This document shows, in pieces, positions 23,905 to 24,392 of a stretch of DNA of 24,392 bases. Numbering within the stretch: position 1 is the first letter of the stretch; each line of letters starts with the position of its first letter. The notes under the pieces were generated by a model. It searched no databases and had not been told where the DNA came from. It saw only the letters and a list, made by a program, of their open reading frames with translations. Source of the stretch: Planctomycetota bacterium (GTDB lineage Bacteria; Planctomycetota; Planctomycetia; Gemmatales; Gemmataceae); contig JAJPIY010000018.1 of assembly GCA_021324515.1 (NCBI GenBank), forward strand, positions 1 through 24,392, given 5' to 3'. Both the position numbers and the translations under genes were made by a program.

Positions 23905-24392
23905 CGCCCGAAGTCGTGTCTGCCATTCTCGCCGATTTTCACGCTTGGTTGACGGCCCTAACAGCCCCAACGAATGAGGAGACAAGCCCGACTGCGGCCG
24001 CGCCTCGGGGACACACAAGCACGGTGGATCTGCACACCCTGCTGGGGCAATTGCTAGCGGTGCGGCAAGAAGTCAATCTGCAAACACGGGCAGTGCGGGC
24101 CCAGCAAGAACAGAACGCCCAGGCGCTCCAGCACTTGACGTCAGCCCTCGACGCTTTGGAACAAGGCCAGGCCCAGGCCGAGCAGATGCAACAGCAGGCC
24201 GTCGACCAGGCCGTCCGCCCGTTGCTGAAAACGCTCATCGACCTCTACGATGCTTTGGCGCTGGCCAGCCGCGAAATGCAGCGTCTGGGCGAGGCGCTGT
24301 TGGCCAAGGGGGGACAACAGAGCGCCGAGGCCGAGACGCCTTCTTTGCTGTCCCGGTTCTTCAGTTGGAAAAGGAAACACGAGCGCGAGCGC
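23841..24392 (+). CDS. GrpE-like nucleotide-exchange-factor family protein (partial, continues past window end)
   Basis: Not in the ORF track because no stop is reached. The ATG at 23841 has GGAGGAG 6 nt upstream. My translation: MSEFPPPGLTQDASEHTSQALTPEVVSAILADFHAWLTAL...VDLHTLLGQLLAVRQEVNLQTRAVRAQQEQN...AVRPLLKTLIDLYDALALASREM.... The coiled-coil R.E.N.QTR segment followed by LL..L.D.YDAL resembles GrpE (RRR......LLPV.D.L.RAL). It overlaps the J-like gene by 64 nt. Confidence 0.5.
   Translation, partial: MSEFPPPGLTQDASEHTSQALTPEVVSAILADFHAWLTALTAPTNEETSPTAAAPRGHTSTVDLHTLLGQLLAVRQEVNLQTRAVRAQQEQNAQALQHLTSALDALEQGQAQAEQMQQQAVDQAVRPLLKTLIDLYDALALASREMQRLGEALLAKGGQQSAEAETPSLLSRFFSWKRKHERER

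Noticed and set aside
23939-24380. Minus-strand ORFs 23939-24238 and 24141-24380 at the window end
   Set aside because: They are antisense to the GrpE-like frame, which has a strong SD/ATG and a coiled-coil, family-like sequence. The antisense products are Cys/Ala/Arg-rich with no features.

Overview
GC-rich bacterial chromosomal window. Gene content and protein style look Planctomycetota-like, but this cannot be shown without a database search. I support 23 protein-coding genes (one partial at the 3' edge). I found no rRNA, tRNA, CRISPR array or transposase. Layout: (i) 1-955 holds a 39-bp perfect palindrome, then a DUF4058-type PD-(D/E)XK-like gene. (ii) 1011-5084 (+) is a translationally coupled envelope-glycan trio: DUF4416, a polyprenyl-phosphate sugar-1-phosphate transferase (MraY/WecA family), and a Wzy_C O-antigen-ligase-like membrane protein with a C-terminal TPR region. 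(iii) 5156-5914 (-) is a secreted protein. (iv) 6019-10716 (-) is the housekeeping string ffh-rpsP-trmD-rplS-yraN-tyrS, with no rimM. A second 39-bp perfect hairpin sits between ffh and rpsP, and a promoter plus hairpin leader precedes ffh. (v) 10891-15617 (-) is a five-gene operon with two tandem ABC ATPase + ABC-2 permease pairs and a cytidylate-kinase-like protein. (vi) 15758-17967 (-) holds a short FAD oxidoreductase and two secreted low-complexity proteins (one Pro-rich, one with a Cys cluster plus a Gly/Tyr-rich tail) separated by an intrinsic terminator and sharing a P-x-Y-W-Y C-terminus. (vii) 18227-21073 (-) is a 948-aa GH38-like protein without the canonical N-terminal metal motif. 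(viii) 21218 to beyond 24392 (+) holds a TPR protein with a poly-acidic tail, a mini J-like domain (HPE instead of HPD) and an overlapping GrpE-like gene that runs off the window. This last module is the most system-like unexplained part of the window. Many long alternative-frame ORFs in the track are high-GC artefacts. The track also reports GTG/TTG starts as M, so several starts were re-derived from the nucleotide sequence.
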